Of a DNA stretch of 64,000 nucleotides, positions 1 to 9,836 are shown piece after piece; within the stretch, counting starts at the first letter, position 1, and the number at the start of each line of letters is the position of its first letter. This DNA comes from Escherichia phage AV108. Under the pieces are notes generated by a model that saw only the letters and a program-made list of their open reading frames with translations, searched no databases and was not told the DNA's origin. A program made the translations under genes and the position numbers. The stretch lies in sequence record OR352938.1; one strand, 5' to 3'.

Positions 1-1365
1 GATTGTTTCGTTAAACTCTTCATCTAGCGTAAAGATATAATCCGCTTCCATGATATCTAGATAATACGCAATCCGATCATTGAAATATGGAATATATTTC
101 TTGACGATAGACGCCTTAACACCGGAATCCTTCAACATTTCTGTTACAAATCCACGATGATATTTTTCAAGAACTAGCTTTGATTTTTCATTAGTAATCT
201 CTACCAGTTCGTGTTCCAGTTTAGCAAGTTCTTCGGAATTGTCAACCCTTTCTTTTTGTAATTCCTGAATTGCTTTCTGGATCTGTTTAGCCCGACCTAC
301 AGATGCCGTTAAATTCGCTCTCAGTGACTCTATAGCGCGTTTAATTTCCAAGACCTTAGTTTGTGCTGTCTGGAAAGAATTGGCTTTCTCTGCGTATTCT
401 ACGCGTTTCTCGTCAATCAGAGACAGTTTATGTTCTGCTTGTGCTTTTTGTTCGCGTACAGCTTGATCATTACCCTGAATGATCGGTTGTGTGCACGTAG
501 GACAGATCCCGCCTTTCTCGTGCATATGGATAACACGATCAAAGTTCTGGATCTGTGCACCAATCTGTGCGATAGCCGTATTAATTTTAGCCAATGTCGC
601 GCTAGGATCTTCCGGCATAACAGCAGCCAATAGCTCATCGGTCAAGCGCGTTTCTTCGGCTTTAAACGCTTTAGCTGATTCTACTTCTTTCTCGTACATA
701 TTCTGCAAACGCTGTAGATTCTCGGCACTCGCCTTGCTAGCGTCTTCTATGTACTTTTTATGAGTGTTGATTTGTTGCTGAACGTGATTAGCTTTCATTT
801 CCTGCATTTGGATATTCTGGGTAATCTCGCGCACATACGCTTTATTCAGTTTATCCATTTCGCCTAGCGTAGCAATATCAAGCAAATCCTCGACCAGTTT
901 ACGGCGACCCGCTGCCGGAAGACTCATAAACGGAACATAACCAGCAGTGCCTAAAACAACGATCTGTTTAAAGCTGGCTAGGTTCATGCCTATGATACCT
1001 TCAAAATATTCCTGAAAGTCTTTGGTGCTTGCGCTCTCGTCGATCTTTTGACCGTCGCGATGCACTTCGAATACTTCCGGTTTTTGACCACGTTTGATAT
1101 AAAACTCTTTCCCGTCCAGTTCAAACCAGACTTCGACTAACAGTTTCTTTTTGTTGACGCTGTTAATCAATTGGCCTTTCTTGATACTACGAAACGGTTT
1201 ACCGAACAACACAAAGCAAAGCGCCTCAATCATGGTCGATTTACCAGCACCGTTAACACCAGTGATTAGTGTCTTTTTGAATCCGTCTAGCTGAATCTCT
1301 ACAGGTTCAGCACCCACGCTCATTATATTTTGATAGCGCAAGGTTTTAAAATTTAACTTTGCCAT
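1..1365 (-). CDS. 46: recombination endonuclease subunit gp46 (SbcC/Rad50-like ATPase), N-terminal ~455 aa; gene continues beyond window start
   Basis: Minus-strand ORF starting at ATG ~1365 and running off the window (so absent from ORF track). Translation MAKLNFKTLRYQNIMSVG...ITGVNGAGKST (Walker A)...KYIPYFNDRIAYYLDIMEADYIFTLDEEFNET closely matches T4 gp46 as recalled. Confidence 0.85.
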   Translation of the reverse strand, partial: MAKLNFKTLRYQNIMSVGAEPVEIQLDGFKKTLITGVNGAGKSTMIEALCFVLFGKPFRSIKKGQLINSVNKKKLLVEVWFELDGKEFYIKRGQKPEVFEVHRDGQKIDESASTKDFQEYFEGIIGMNLASFKQIVVLGTAGYVPFMSLPAAGRRKLVEDLLDIATLGEMDKLNKAYVREITQNIQMQEMKANHVQQQINTHKKYIEDASKASAENLQRLQNMYEKEVESAKAFKAEETRLTDELLAAVMPEDPSATLAKINTAIAQIGAQIQNFDRVIHMHEKGGICPTCTQPIIQGNDQAVREQKAQAEHKLSLIDEKRVEYAEKANSFQTAQTKVLEIKRAIESLRANLTASVGRAKQIQKAIQELQKERVDNSEELAKLEHELVEITNEKSKLVLEKYHRGFVTEMLKDSGVKASIVKKYIPYFNDRIAYYLDIMEADYIFTLDEEFNETI

Positions 1366-1609
1366 TAATCCACTCCGCAATCACACATTCCATAATATTA
1401 AATGCTAACACATCTTCATCAATGTTGTAAACACTTGCCGCCTTCACTTTAACTAATGTGTCTCTGCGATCTGGCAGCATGATCACATAATCCAGTGTCG
1501 CCGGATCATATGTCATAAAGGGATCAATGTAAATCCCTTTATTCAATGCCAGATATTCGCGAAGACCTTCTATAACCCTGTGTCTAAGGTAGGTCATCGA
1601 TAGAATCAT
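1346..1609 (-). CDS. hypothetical early protein (87 aa)
   Basis: ORF track; sits between gene 47 and gene 46 as the T4 46.1/46.2 ORFs do; no recognisable motif. Confidence 0.5.
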   Translation of the reverse strand: MILSMTYLRHRVIEGLREYLALNKGIYIDPFMTYDPATLDYVIMLPDRRDTLVKVKAASVYNIDEDVLAFNIMECVIAEWINGKVKF

Positions 1610-2178
1610 TTTAGTTTATGTTCCTCTAAAAATTCTTCAATTTCACCTTGCAGGTCTTCCGCTTGTTGTTCCAGAATATCGCGAAATTCACCTACAGTCA
1701 AGCGGTAATCACACTTCACCAGTCGATGCGGGAGAATATACCCTTTATACATTGTCTCTGACGCTTCCAGGAATACCCCACTATGCATGACAGAGATCCA
1801 ACCTGTTAACGTCAATGGAGTATTCGGAAAATAATACTTGCTGGATTGTTTCCACTGGACGAAAGCACCATATACAATAGGATTATATTCACCAACCACA
1901 CTCTTAATAATGGATTCTACTTTGTCTTTTACAAAGTCGCCAATGTCCATAGTTATCATCAACTCTTTTGGATTAATGATTTTAAGGTAACGACGATAGT
2001 CATCATCATAATACAGCTTAACTACTGGTTCACCCCACATAGACGAAATATTCGCTTTCAGATATCCATAAATCGGATTCTTATCATAGGATTGTTTTAG
2101 CGTGTAGTTATGCAACAGCGTAATAAAATGTCGCATTACCAGTTTATCTGGATCAACCGCGCCCATAGTCGTATTCAT
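1606..2178 (-). CDS. hypothetical early protein (~190 aa; start uncertain)
   Basis: ORF track 1606..2196; ATG at 2178 or 2166 is the likely start; no recognisable motif. Confidence 0.5.
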   Translation of the reverse strand: MNTTMGAVDPDKLVMRHFITLLHNYTLKQSYDKNPIYGYLKANISSMWGEPVVKLYYDDDYRRYLKIINPKELMITMDIGDFVKDKVESIIKSVVGEYNPIVYGAFVQWKQSSKYYFPNTPLTLTGWISVMHSGVFLEASETMYKGYILPHRLVKCDYRLTVGEFRDILEQQAEDLQGEIEEFLEEHKLK

Positions 2179-2470
2179 AATATGTTCCTTTCTCAATGGC
2201 TTCTTGTTTCAGGTCTTCTAACATTTCATCAATAGCTTGTTTCAGCATATGACGCAGAGTAAAGTAGTAGTGTTCATCAAATTCTATTTCCGCGCGAGGA
2301 ATAGAGCGAAACTTACACTTAACGGTAGTATCAGTGAGTCGCTTTTCGACCATCATCCGAACTTCTTCATGCTCTTTGGAATACCATACATCAACGGTGA
2401 TCCCCTTACGTCGAGCAAACATAGGCAATGCCGCATTAAATTCCATTACCTTTTGTGCAAGTGTTTTCAT
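2153..2470 (-). CDS. hypothetical early protein (105 aa)
   Basis: ORF track; stop/start overlap with neighbours suggests translational coupling. Confidence 0.5.
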   Translation of the reverse strand: MKTLAQKVMEFNAALPMFARRKGITVDVWYSKEHEEVRMMVEKRLTDTTVKCKFRSIPRAEIEFDEHYYFTLRHMLKQAIDEMLEDLKQEAIEKGTYYEYDYGRG

Positions 2471-2718
2471 CGTACAGACTCCGTAGATCCACGCGCAATA
2501 ACATTCTGGGTAATATCAGCAACCTTACGGGATACGATGTTTGTAAGCCCCTCTTTGGTGATATTTTCACGATCAAATGGGATTTCGTCATGAGTCCACA
2601 AACCATAGTTAGATCGAAATGATAGCATATACTGACCATCTCGCACAACCTCAAATACATGGATCTTAGTGAATTTCGATAAACCTTCGTTGATTTCTTT
2701 CAGTGCATTAGTAATCAT
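2467..2718 (-). CDS. hypothetical early protein (~83 aa)
   Basis: ORF track 2467..2730; ATG at 2718 preceded by GGAGG RBS. Confidence 0.5.
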   Translation of the reverse strand: MITNALKEINEGLSKFTKIHVFEVVRDGQYMLSFRSNYGLWTHDEIPFDRENITKEGLTNIVSRKVADITQNVIARGSTESVR

Positions 2719-2771
2719 AACAACCTCCAATCAATTTTAGATAGTATAACGGGGATTTCTCCCCGCGTCAA

Positions 2772-3797
2772 CTAACTTTTTGCGCTATTTACTTCGGCTA
2801 AAAGTTCATCAGAAATACGCTTGACCGCCGCAAGTTCTTCCGGTTCTAGGTTTTGTTCTTCCAGATATTCATAGACCATCTGAATAGTGCTTTTAACTTC
2901 AATAACACCTGTTTCCTGTGATGCGCTACTCTCCAGCTTATGGACCACTTTTAGCTTGTGCACAACGGCCTCTAACGCGCTTTCTAACTTAGTTAACCCA
3001 TTATCAGCAACCGTTGCGATAAGACGCACACTAAGCCCCTTAAAGCGTTCTACATCGATCTTATCATCTGACGGGTAAGTGATACGCACATGATAAGTTT
3101 TGTCATTCTGGATAAACTCTTTTTTGTGTGTATCGGTATCGAATACCCAAAACCCACGCGGATCGTTTTCGTCACCCGCCGTTAGTGTGTATGGTGTACC
3201 AATATACGTTACGTTACCGCCATCGCTGATAGTATGAAAATGACCAGAAAACACTTCACGGTATTTCTTGAGAAAGTCCGCGCTATAACCTTCGGATTTT
3301 AGCCCTTTATAGAAATAGTAACCGGACAATTCCCAATGGCCTACACAATATTCGCTGAATGAGTTTTGAATAAACTCTAAAATCTCTGATTTATTGTCAT
3401 CGCAAAACCACGGAAACAGATCAAATGATACACCATCAAAGGTAACTGTTTCCGGCTTATCAATAACTTTAATACAATCATATTGGCTTAACACTTCACG
3501 CGGTGCGTTAGGCTGGATCTTGTTTCGTTTAAACATATCATGGTTCCCGACCGTGATATAACAAGTAATACCAGCCTCTTCCAGTAGCGGGATGACCTTA
3601 GTACGGTTAAATTTCATGGTTTCATGGGTAATTGCTTTTCGGCAATCAAACCAATCCCCTGTTTGAATCCATGTCTTAATATTATGCTCTTTGGAGTATT
3701 CAACCGCCTTCTTGATGGTATCAAGAATATACTCATGCACCCACGGATCATCGCCACCGATACCAGTATGCAGATCACCTAAAAGCAAAATTTTCAT
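2772..3797 (-). CDS. 47: recombination endonuclease subunit gp47 (SbcD/Mre11-like phosphoesterase)
   Basis: 341 aa; MKILLLGDLHTG..., GNHD, GHWEL, GHFHT metallophosphatase motifs; near-colinear with T4 gp47 (339 aa) as recalled. Confidence 0.9.
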   Translation of the reverse strand: MKILLLGDLHTGIGGDDPWVHEYILDTIKKAVEYSKEHNIKTWIQTGDWFDCRKAITHETMKFNRTKVIPLLEEAGITCYITVGNHDMFKRNKIQPNAPREVLSQYDCIKVIDKPETVTFDGVSFDLFPWFCDDNKSEILEFIQNSFSEYCVGHWELSGYYFYKGLKSEGYSADFLKKYREVFSGHFHTISDGGNVTYIGTPYTLTAGDENDPRGFWVFDTDTHKKEFIQNDKTYHVRITYPSDDKIDVERFKGLSVRLIATVADNGLTKLESALEAVVHKLKVVHKLESSASQETGVIEVKSTIQMVYEYLEEQNLEPEELAAVKRISDELLAEVNSAKS

Positions 3798-3844
3798 AGT
3801 CTCTTCCTCTCTTCGTTTTCGATGCTCTCACTATATCACAGAAA

Positions 3845-3885
3845 AATAAAAAGGGAAACCCCTTTCAGAGTCTCCCTTATAAAGC
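3845..3885 (-). terminator. rho-independent terminator-like hairpin plus T-run between the 95-aa ORF and gene 47
   Basis: Minus-strand reading aaaggggtttcccttttt followed by atttttctg. Confidence 0.45.
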
Positions 3886-3887
3886 CA

Positions 3888-4175
3888 TTACAGCATACTT
3901 AATACCGTTTGCCGTGTACTAATCCACATAGCAGAAAGCAGTTCTGGCGTGTGTGGCTGTTTGTAGATATCACGTAATTTTCCGATAGCGTAGATATACG
4001 CATCACGATTATCATCGATGATAGCTTGTTCAGCCCACCGCTTAAGTCGTGCAATCTCTCGCGAGTTCTTACGCAAGATCTTTTCCGCTTTCTTAGCGGC
4101 TTTAGCCTCTAGTTCTGCTTGTACTTTGTCTACTTCATTCACTGCAATCTTGTCATGCTGTTCATCGTAAGTCAT
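3888..4175 (-). CDS. hypothetical early protein (95 aa, charged/coiled-coil)
   Basis: ORF track; KAAKKAEKILRK... basic helical segment. Confidence 0.5.
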   Translation of the reverse strand: MTYDEQHDKIAVNEVDKVQAELEAKAAKKAEKILRKNSREIARLKRWAEQAIIDDNRDAYIYAIGKLRDIYKQPHTPELLSAMWISTRQTVLSML

Positions 4176-4176
4176 G

Positions 4177-4410
4177 TTATTTTACCTCTGGGATATAATC
4201 AATTATTAAAGAAAATTCATCTTCTGATACATTATAGCTATGTGAGATTGTACCCGTCAAGACCTCAAGATCCGGTGATTTGATATTGCACGGATCGATA
4301 ATCACCGGAACGCCGCAATCTCTCAAAAATAATTTGGCGAAATACGGCACGAGGTCAGTTTCAAACTCTGCTTCTTCCAGCAAACGGGAAATGTTAATTT
4401 TCAATCTCAT
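4177..4410 (-). CDS. hypothetical early protein (77 aa)
   Basis: ORF track; overlaps the 3' end of gene 55 by 17 nt. Confidence 0.45.
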   Translation of the reverse strand: MRLKINISRLLEEAEFETDLVPYFAKLFLRDCGVPVIIDPCNIKSPDLEVLTGTISHSYNVSEDEFSLIIDYIPEVK

Positions 4411-4927
4411 AAAATTGGTCCAGGCTAGGCAATTCCTCGGTCAATACATCTTCAACCTTTGGCGCTTTCGGTTTATTGACCGATTCCTCGTAGTTGTTGA
4501 TTTTATCGTAAATGTCCTGTATGAATGCCTCATCAGCAATCTGGCACATATCAGCGTCGCGTTCGTCATATACATGATGCACAAAATATTTGTATTTTGC
4601 GGCTGTCGCTGTTCTCTCTTTTTTAATGCGCTGTACAAAAGCATTAAAGCACGCTTGCGTGATGTAAGCATGAGGATTTTTATACTTTGTCTCGTCAAAA
4701 TTAATCAAACCCTTGACCGCCGCTTCGATTCCGTCGTCGATCATTTCTTCGCGCCATGTTTGACTATAACCAGAAAAGTTAAAACGACGTGATAGATTTT
4801 TAGAGATTTGCATAATTGCTAGGCCGATTTGATCGCTCATTGGAACTTGCCGACCTTCTGCTGCAATTTGTTGTTTCCAACGGCAAATTTCTTCGTAAAG
4901 CTCTTTATTGTTTACATAATCAGACAC
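4394..4927 (-). CDS. 55: late-transcription sigma factor gp55
   Basis: 177 aa; ...[59 protein letters not shown]... nearly identical in its core to T4 gp55 as recalled. Confidence 0.92.
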   Translation of the reverse strand: MSDYVNNKELYEEICRWKQQIAAEGRQVPMSDQIGLAIMQISKNLSRRFNFSGYSQTWREEMIDDGIEAAVKGLINFDETKYKNPHAYITQACFNAFVQRIKKERTATAAKYKYFVHHVYDERDADMCQIADEAFIQDIYDKINNYEESVNKPKAPKVEDVLTEELPSLDQFYEIEN

Positions 4928-4967
4928 TTCGCACCCTCGCTATTATTTAGGAAATAACCCGTTCGGG

Positions 4968-6437
4968 CTATTCCCCATTACCATTATACTTTCTTTGCTT
5001 AGTTATCCACACTCTAACCATCTCTACAGATTCGCCGTCAGACGGATCAAGAGTTTTTCCTTTTTTCTTCATGCGGTACTTAAATCCGTTAAATCTTGCA
5101 TTCTCTTGCTCGTTAAAGTCGAACATCTTTTTAAATGATTTTCGCCCTTTACGCTCACCGCATTCTAGCGGAATCATTCGGTCTGTTATTACATTGGCAT
5201 TAGGCAGAAACGTTTTTAGATAATCAACCAACGCCCAATCAGGAACATATAGATTAACATTCTCCTTGCTCTCGTTGTCTCTCAGGTTACAACGCAAACA
5301 TAATTGAAATGCTGGTTCCAGATAATCAGACACATGACGCGCTTTCAAAAACTCGTTTGTCGGGAGATCGCAACTATTAGCAAGACCTTTTAAAATATCA
5401 ATCTCCCATCGTTGAGGGTTAAAGCTGAACATCACAGCAACATTTTTATGATGAATGTAAGAGTTAAGACCATAAGATCCGTAAGGTATCCGCTCACCAA
5501 TACCATTTGTGCACGCTTCACGGTCCCGATTCACGGTATAAATGAAGTCATCACCACATTCATTTTTAACCATATCAACAAGACGTTCAAAGGTATTGTT
5601 TGTTTCTGACTGGTGACGCGACCATCGTTCGGAGTCCGTCATAAGGATGATATTAACTCTATCTGTATTTTTATACTCTTTGAAATATAGTCTGGATTCT
5701 AGCGCACTAGGAACAAAATCGCAATTTGCATAGTATCGTAGATACTTCCCACTATATGTATCAAAGAGATTTGCACATGCTATCGTAACCTTTTTAAAGT
5801 CTCCCCACGTACCGTGTTTGTTATCGTTCAAGAAAACAATTTTCGACCCATTCTTCCGGTGTCCTTCGTTATGTTTTACCATAACGTTGATTTTCTTCTC
5901 TAATAACGCCTCATAAAGCCCTCTAAGAGAAGAATCGATCATATCAGTACCATCCTTTGCACTTTCTATCTTTTCTTTGATAGCGGCCTTCTCAGAGTCT
6001 TTTAGAACTAAGTTCTGTAGGCATTCCGATTCGTCGGCGATTGGTTCGCAATGCTTCGTGATAAGTTCAAGATTAGACTTAAACGGATACTCATTAAATT
6101 CAACCAGTTGAGGAACTTCATCAATGTAAAGAGCATATTCACCAAACATTTTTGAACGTTCCATATTAGATAACGCTGTATGTGTAATGAATATCACATC
6201 AGCACCATCTTTAACTGATTGCATTATAGACGCTTGCACTGTCTTAAGGCTTCTTAGTCTTGTGCTATCAATCAAGACAGCACGACCGCCCATTCTTTTA
6301 AACTTATTGTAAGATTGTTCACTTAAAACACGAGATGGCGAAGCAATAACCGCTTTTTCTTTTGTCTCTAGGACGTGGGAAAGTATAGCATCAGTTTTCC
6401 CCGCCGCTGGCAATGCGATTAATGTTTCAATCTTCAT
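4968..6437 (-). CDS. P-loop NTPase with helicase-like motifs (489 aa), function unknown
   Basis: Walker A LPAAGKTD (aa 8-15), PTRxL-like ASPSRVLSEQ, Walker B/DExx-like ALYIDEVPQ about 90 aa downstream; start overlaps stop of upstream 101-aa ORF. Confidence 0.6.
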   Translation of the reverse strand: MKIETLIALPAAGKTDAILSHVLETKEKAVIASPSRVLSEQSYNKFKRMGGRAVLIDSTRLRSLKTVQASIMQSVKDGADVIFITHTALSNMERSKMFGEYALYIDEVPQLVEFNEYPFKSNLELITKHCEPIADESECLQNLVLKDSEKAAIKEKIESAKDGTDMIDSSLRGLYEALLEKKINVMVKHNEGHRKNGSKIVFLNDNKHGTWGDFKKVTIACANLFDTYSGKYLRYYANCDFVPSALESRLYFKEYKNTDRVNIILMTDSERWSRHQSETNNTFERLVDMVKNECGDDFIYTVNRDREACTNGIGERIPYGSYGLNSYIHHKNVAVMFSFNPQRWEIDILKGLANSCDLPTNEFLKARHVSDYLEPAFQLCLRCNLRDNESKENVNLYVPDWALVDYLKTFLPNANVITDRMIPLECGERKGRKSFKKMFDFNEQENARFNGFKYRMKKKGKTLDPSDGESVEMVRVWITKQRKYNGNGE

Positions 6438-6742
6438 TAGAAACCCTTACGTCGTGCTTTCTGGCATTTCTTGATCATTTTATCAGAAATTTCGCGCTTA
6501 GGTGCAATCTCTTTCACACCGAAAGCACTAATGCCAAATTCAGAGAGAATATATTCAACCAACAATTCACGCACACGCGCTTTACCGATATTCACGCCGT
6601 TATTTTTCAGATATGTCTGACCTTCGACTTGCATCAGATCTAAGTCTGCGTCGGTAATATTGATTTCTTCCATGCGCCCAAATCGAGAATAAACCATGTG
6701 TGCGATTGCATTGTGTACTAACATAATATATTCCTCACTCAA
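6437..6742 (-). CDS. hypothetical protein (101 aa), translationally coupled to the P-loop NTPase
   Basis: ORF track; stop overlaps start of 4968..6437. Confidence 0.5.
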   Translation of the reverse strand: MSEEYIMLVHNAIAHMVYSRFGRMEEINITDADLDLMQVEGQTYLKNNGVNIGKARVRELLVEYILSEFGISAFGVKEIAPKREISDKMIKKCQKARRKGF

Positions 6743-6744
6743 GA

Positions 6745-6903
6745 ATTACTTAATGATACTTACTTTACCAGATCCGTGACAATGAGCGCAACACCCATCA
6801 CCACGCAATCCTGTTCCGTTACAGTGTTTACACTTCTTCAAAGGTAAAGCCATTATAGCAAATAAAGCAATAATGAATACCGAAACTAAATTCTCAATAA
6901 TCA
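6745..6903 (-). CDS. small membrane-anchored zinc-finger peptide (~52 aa; coordinates approximate)
   Basis: Hand translation MIIENLVSVFIIALFAIMALPLKKCKHCNGTGLRGDGCCAHCHGSGKVSIIK: N-terminal hydrophobic helix then two CxxCxGxG motifs (DnaJ-type); below ORF-track size cut-off. Confidence 0.35.
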
Positions 6904-7163
6904 TAAATCGCCCTCAGTTCTTTATAGCCTCCAATGTGCTCGTTGTCAATGAATATCTGGGGGTATACAAACCGGAGGCTCTTTGAGTTCAGCCTCCCCG
7001 CCAGTTCTTCAATCATATCACGGTCGGGAATAATGTCAACCCCGACCTGCTTGAATACTGGTTTAAGTGTATACGGAATACCCAGATCATCCAGTAGCTT
7101 CATTGCACTAATACAACCATAACAATGATAAGCCTCTTTCGGTATGCCGTATATCTCGATCAT
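6894..7163 (-). CDS. nrdH: glutaredoxin/NrdH-like redoxin
   Basis: 89 aa; CYGC active-site CxxC near N-terminus; C-terminal IFIDNEHIGGYKEL glutaredoxin motif; near nrdG as in T4. Confidence 0.65.
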   Translation of the reverse strand: MIEIYGIPKEAYHCYGCISAMKLLDDLGIPYTLKPVFKQVGVDIIPDRDMIEELAGRLNSKSLRFVYPQIFIDNEHIGGYKELRAIYDY

Positions 7164-7660
7164 TTCTCAGCCTTTAATCTTTCTAGTTCTTCTTCCAGTT
7201 CCTTGATCCGTTGGTCACGTTCAAAGTCACGCTGCAACTTAGTGGCAAATACTCGTTTAAACTGTTTGTAATCATCGATTTTAAACACTTCTTCTTCGCC
7301 ATAGCGACGCACAGAAACTTCGTAGTTATTGAAGAATTGTTGCATCATTGCTTCGGATGATAGTTCTGCTGATACCACTTTAAAATATTGATCTTCGGTC
7401 GGTGAAAACCAATTACAAGCATAAAGATAAACCTTTTCATTGTCTGGACACTGGTAAGCCTTACCATCGATTTCAATCACAGAAACATATTCAGGTATAG
7501 TCGATGAATCAATAGCTAAGACTTTAAACTGACGGTCCCCGATAAACTCGGAGATCACACGATTCGCATCACTGGTTGCAAAGGCTTTACGCGCTTGTTC
7601 GCTTTTCCACTGATAGGTCATACCAACAACAAACATATTACCAACCTCGCTCTTTACCAA
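7160..7660 (-). CDS. paralog-family protein D (166 aa; WF-xxR-xFF domain plus C-terminal coiled coil)
   Basis: GMTYQWKSEQA, VIEIDGK, NWFSPTEDQYFKVV, tail RDQRIKELEEELERLKAEK; related to 7638..9189 and 13006..15643 ORFs. Confidence 0.55.
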   Translation of the reverse strand: MVKSEVGNMFVVGMTYQWKSEQARKAFATSDANRVISEFIGDRQFKVLAIDSSTIPEYVSVIEIDGKAYQCPDNEKVYLYACNWFSPTEDQYFKVVSAELSSEAMMQQFFNNYEVSVRRYGEEEVFKIDDYKQFKRVFATKLQRDFERDQRIKELEEELERLKAEK

Positions 7661-8171
7661 TCAAAAATTCAACTTCACGACGTTTAATATCTTCTTGAAG
7701 GTCTTTAATCTTCTGTCGATCTTGCATGATTTCATCCATCTTGTCAAGTGCTGCAATGAAATCATCGAAACGTTCAAAGGTTTTACCTTCATTTGCTTCG
7801 CTAAATTTAACCATAGTCAGACCGTAACGACTACTAAACAGACGTTTCAACTGTCCAACGATCTTAGAATCAGTGGTTATAACTTCCAATTCTTCTACTT
7901 CTTGAAAGAATTTTCTATCAGAATCAATAAACCAGCTAGTTCCTTTATGGTTGCTATCTTCGGTTGCACTCATTAGAGTATGGTCTTTACCATCAATTTC
8001 AATTACATCAATTTGCCCACATGGACTAACCTTTTTAACAGTAAAAGGTCTATAATTTATTGCTCGTGCAATAACATAATTAAGGTTAGATACGTTTTCA
8101 GCATAATGGCAGAAGTCGGTCATAGCATTCGCATCTTTCCAGGTGTAAGTTTTACCAATTTCCCATTTCAT
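7638..8171 (-). CDS. paralog-family protein C (177 aa)
   Basis: MKWEIGKTYTWKD, VIEIDGK, SWFIDSDRKFFQEV, charged C-terminal tail. Confidence 0.55.
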   Translation of the reverse strand: MKWEIGKTYTWKDANAMTDFCHYAENVSNLNYVIARAINYRPFTVKKVSPCGQIDVIEIDGKDHTLMSATEDSNHKGTSWFIDSDRKFFQEVEELEVITTDSKIVGQLKRLFSSRYGLTMVKFSEANEGKTFERFDDFIAALDKMDEIMQDRQKIKDLQEDIKRREVEFLIGKERGW

Positions 8172-8183
8172 AATATATTCCCC

Positions 8184-8663
8184 TTAACCGATTTTATCAA
8201 GTTCGTTTAATGCTTTCTCTGCTTCCTGTATAGCTTGCACCCTTTCCGGCATTTTGTCAAGAAAATCTTTCAACTCTTCAAAACTGGAGATATGACGCAA
8301 GGCGTTAGCACCGATAGCCGCATGTGATTTGCATTCAAAGCGGATTTTATAATTATCCATCGCCAACTTGAGAAGATCAATTAATTTAGATTCTTCTGGA
8401 ATAATAATTTCTTCAAATCTGCTACGGTCATGATCCAGAAACCAACAAGATAGACCTACATCGGTTGAACTCATATAAGTTCCATCATGAAGATAAACAG
8501 ACCGCACGTATCCTTTTTTCGCATCAACCGACGCAACTTTAAACGGTAATCGCAGATATTTCAAATAATCAACATCATACCATTTAAAAAATTGGTTTGC
8601 ATCTTTTACATCTTTCCACGCATAGGTCTTACCAGCTTCCCATTTCATAATATCATCTCTCAT
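8184..8663 (-). CDS. paralog-family protein B (159 aa)
   Basis: MKWEAGKTYAWKD, CWFLDHDRSRFEEI, helical C-terminus. Confidence 0.55.
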   Translation of the reverse strand: MRDDIMKWEAGKTYAWKDVKDANQFFKWYDVDYLKYLRLPFKVASVDAKKGYVRSVYLHDGTYMSSTDVGLSCWFLDHDRSRFEEIIIPEESKLIDLLKLAMDNYKIRFECKSHAAIGANALRHISSFEELKDFLDKMPERVQAIQEAEKALNELDKIG

Positions 8664-9189
8664 TTTTGATACGTGATTCTAATTGGATCATACGGTCGCG
8701 CGTTTGTTTGTATTCTCGGATAGCACCGATCCGGCTAGGCATACCATCCAGTACGCTCTTAATACCTTCTAGGGTAGTAATTTTGGCAATGCTATTATGT
8801 AACCCCATCTTATCGATCAACTGAATGTCGTAGGCTTCCATAAGCAGACCCAAGCGTTCTAAAGTTAGGTCTTCTTCTTTTTCTTCCGAATCTGGAATCT
8901 TAGGTTCAATAGTAACTTCGGTAAAGAAACGACGCTCACCCGACCAAAACCACACGCCGGAACAACCAATAGGGGATTCTTTTAACGTCATAGAGTCGAA
9001 ATTACTACCAATAATAGTAATTTCTCTAACATCACCATCATCGTCAAGGTCTTCTACCCTAAACGGGCGACCAGCCAACAGGTCAACAATACATCTGTTA
9101 ATAGACGACGAAAATTTAGTCAGTTCGGCTTTCGACGCTTCACATTCAATCTTGTAAGTTTTACCAACTTCCCATTCCATAATAATCAC
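8653..9189 (-). CDS. paralog-family protein A (178 aa)
   Basis: MEWEVGKTYKIE, VWFWSGERRFFTEV, C-terminal IREYKQTRDRMIQLESRIKNER. Confidence 0.55.
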   Translation of the reverse strand: MIIMEWEVGKTYKIECEASKAELTKFSSSINRCIVDLLAGRPFRVEDLDDDGDVREITIIGSNFDSMTLKESPIGCSGVWFWSGERRFFTEVTIEPKIPDSEEKEEDLTLERLGLLMEAYDIQLIDKMGLHNSIAKITTLEGIKSVLDGMPSRIGAIREYKQTRDRMIQLESRIKNER

Positions 9190-9190
9190 C

Positions 9191-9700
9191 TCAAATAATT
9201 TTCACTGGAATACTATTAACAATCTTGTATTGTACTTGATTGTCAGACCCCCGCCACGGCTTCTTCGTTGGCATATCTTTAATATAACGCCCATCGATGA
9301 ACATGTCAACTGATTCTACAATTTTTCTTTGCTCATCATTCAATTGGTCAAGGGTATAACCAGACCATAGCCAAATATCTTTATTTGGCATCCATGATTT
9401 TACTTCATCGATGATCCGCTGTACACCCTTTAAATTGCGTTTATACAGTGGATCACCACCTAAGAATGTTAGCCCCTGAATAAAATCAGGTCTAAGCAGA
9501 TCCAGAATCAATCCCATTGTATCATCGGTGAATGGTTCCCCGTTCTTAGGATTGAGTATACTGGAATTAAAGCAACCATCACATGCGTGTGAACATCCGG
9601 TAACGTAAAGGGAGACTCTCACTCCCTCACCGTTAACCATATCACAATCTTTAATATCGGCATAGCGTAGTTTGCCGTATGTATCAGAACTCATATTCAA
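9191..9700 (-). CDS. nrdG: anaerobic ribonucleotide reductase activating protein NrdG (radical SAM)
   Basis: 169 aa; CSHACDGC (Cx3Cx2C) cluster motif; immediately downstream of nrdD region as in T4. Confidence 0.85.
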   Translation of the reverse strand: MNMSSDTYGKLRYADIKDCDMVNGEGVRVSLYVTGCSHACDGCFNSSILNPKNGEPFTDDTMGLILDLLRPDFIQGLTFLGGDPLYKRNLKGVQRIIDEVKSWMPNKDIWLWSGYTLDQLNDEQRKIVESVDMFIDGRYIKDMPTKKPWRGSDNQVQYKIVNSIPVKII

Positions 9701-9836
9701 TTACCCCGAACTCGTTTACAATCTGCGCTTTATAGTAACCACCGCGAGATGCTAATAGATAAGCTGGGCTTAGGTATTCGTATTCACGGATTTCTACTTG
9801 TGCGTTTTCAGTTTCCCAAATCAGTAAAGTCCACAT
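9684..9836 (-). CDS. small hypothetical protein (~50 aa)
   Basis: ORF track 9684..9911, but the first 25 codons overlap the promoter cassette; ATG at 9836 directly follows the conserved aggagaatcaaa leader. Confidence 0.4.
   Translation of the reverse strand: MWTLLIWETENAQVEIREYEYLSPAYLLASRGGYYKAQIVNEFGVIEYEF

Noticed and set aside
361-763. Plus-strand ORFs (361..633, 479..763) and many similar plus-strand ORFs across 1-43000 (for example 4280..4792, 10122..10430, 13438..13827, 16619..16990)
   Set aside because: They lie antisense within well-supported minus-strand genes (gp46, gp55, nrdD region and others), lack RBS and promoter context and have low-complexity translations; treated as shadow ORFs.
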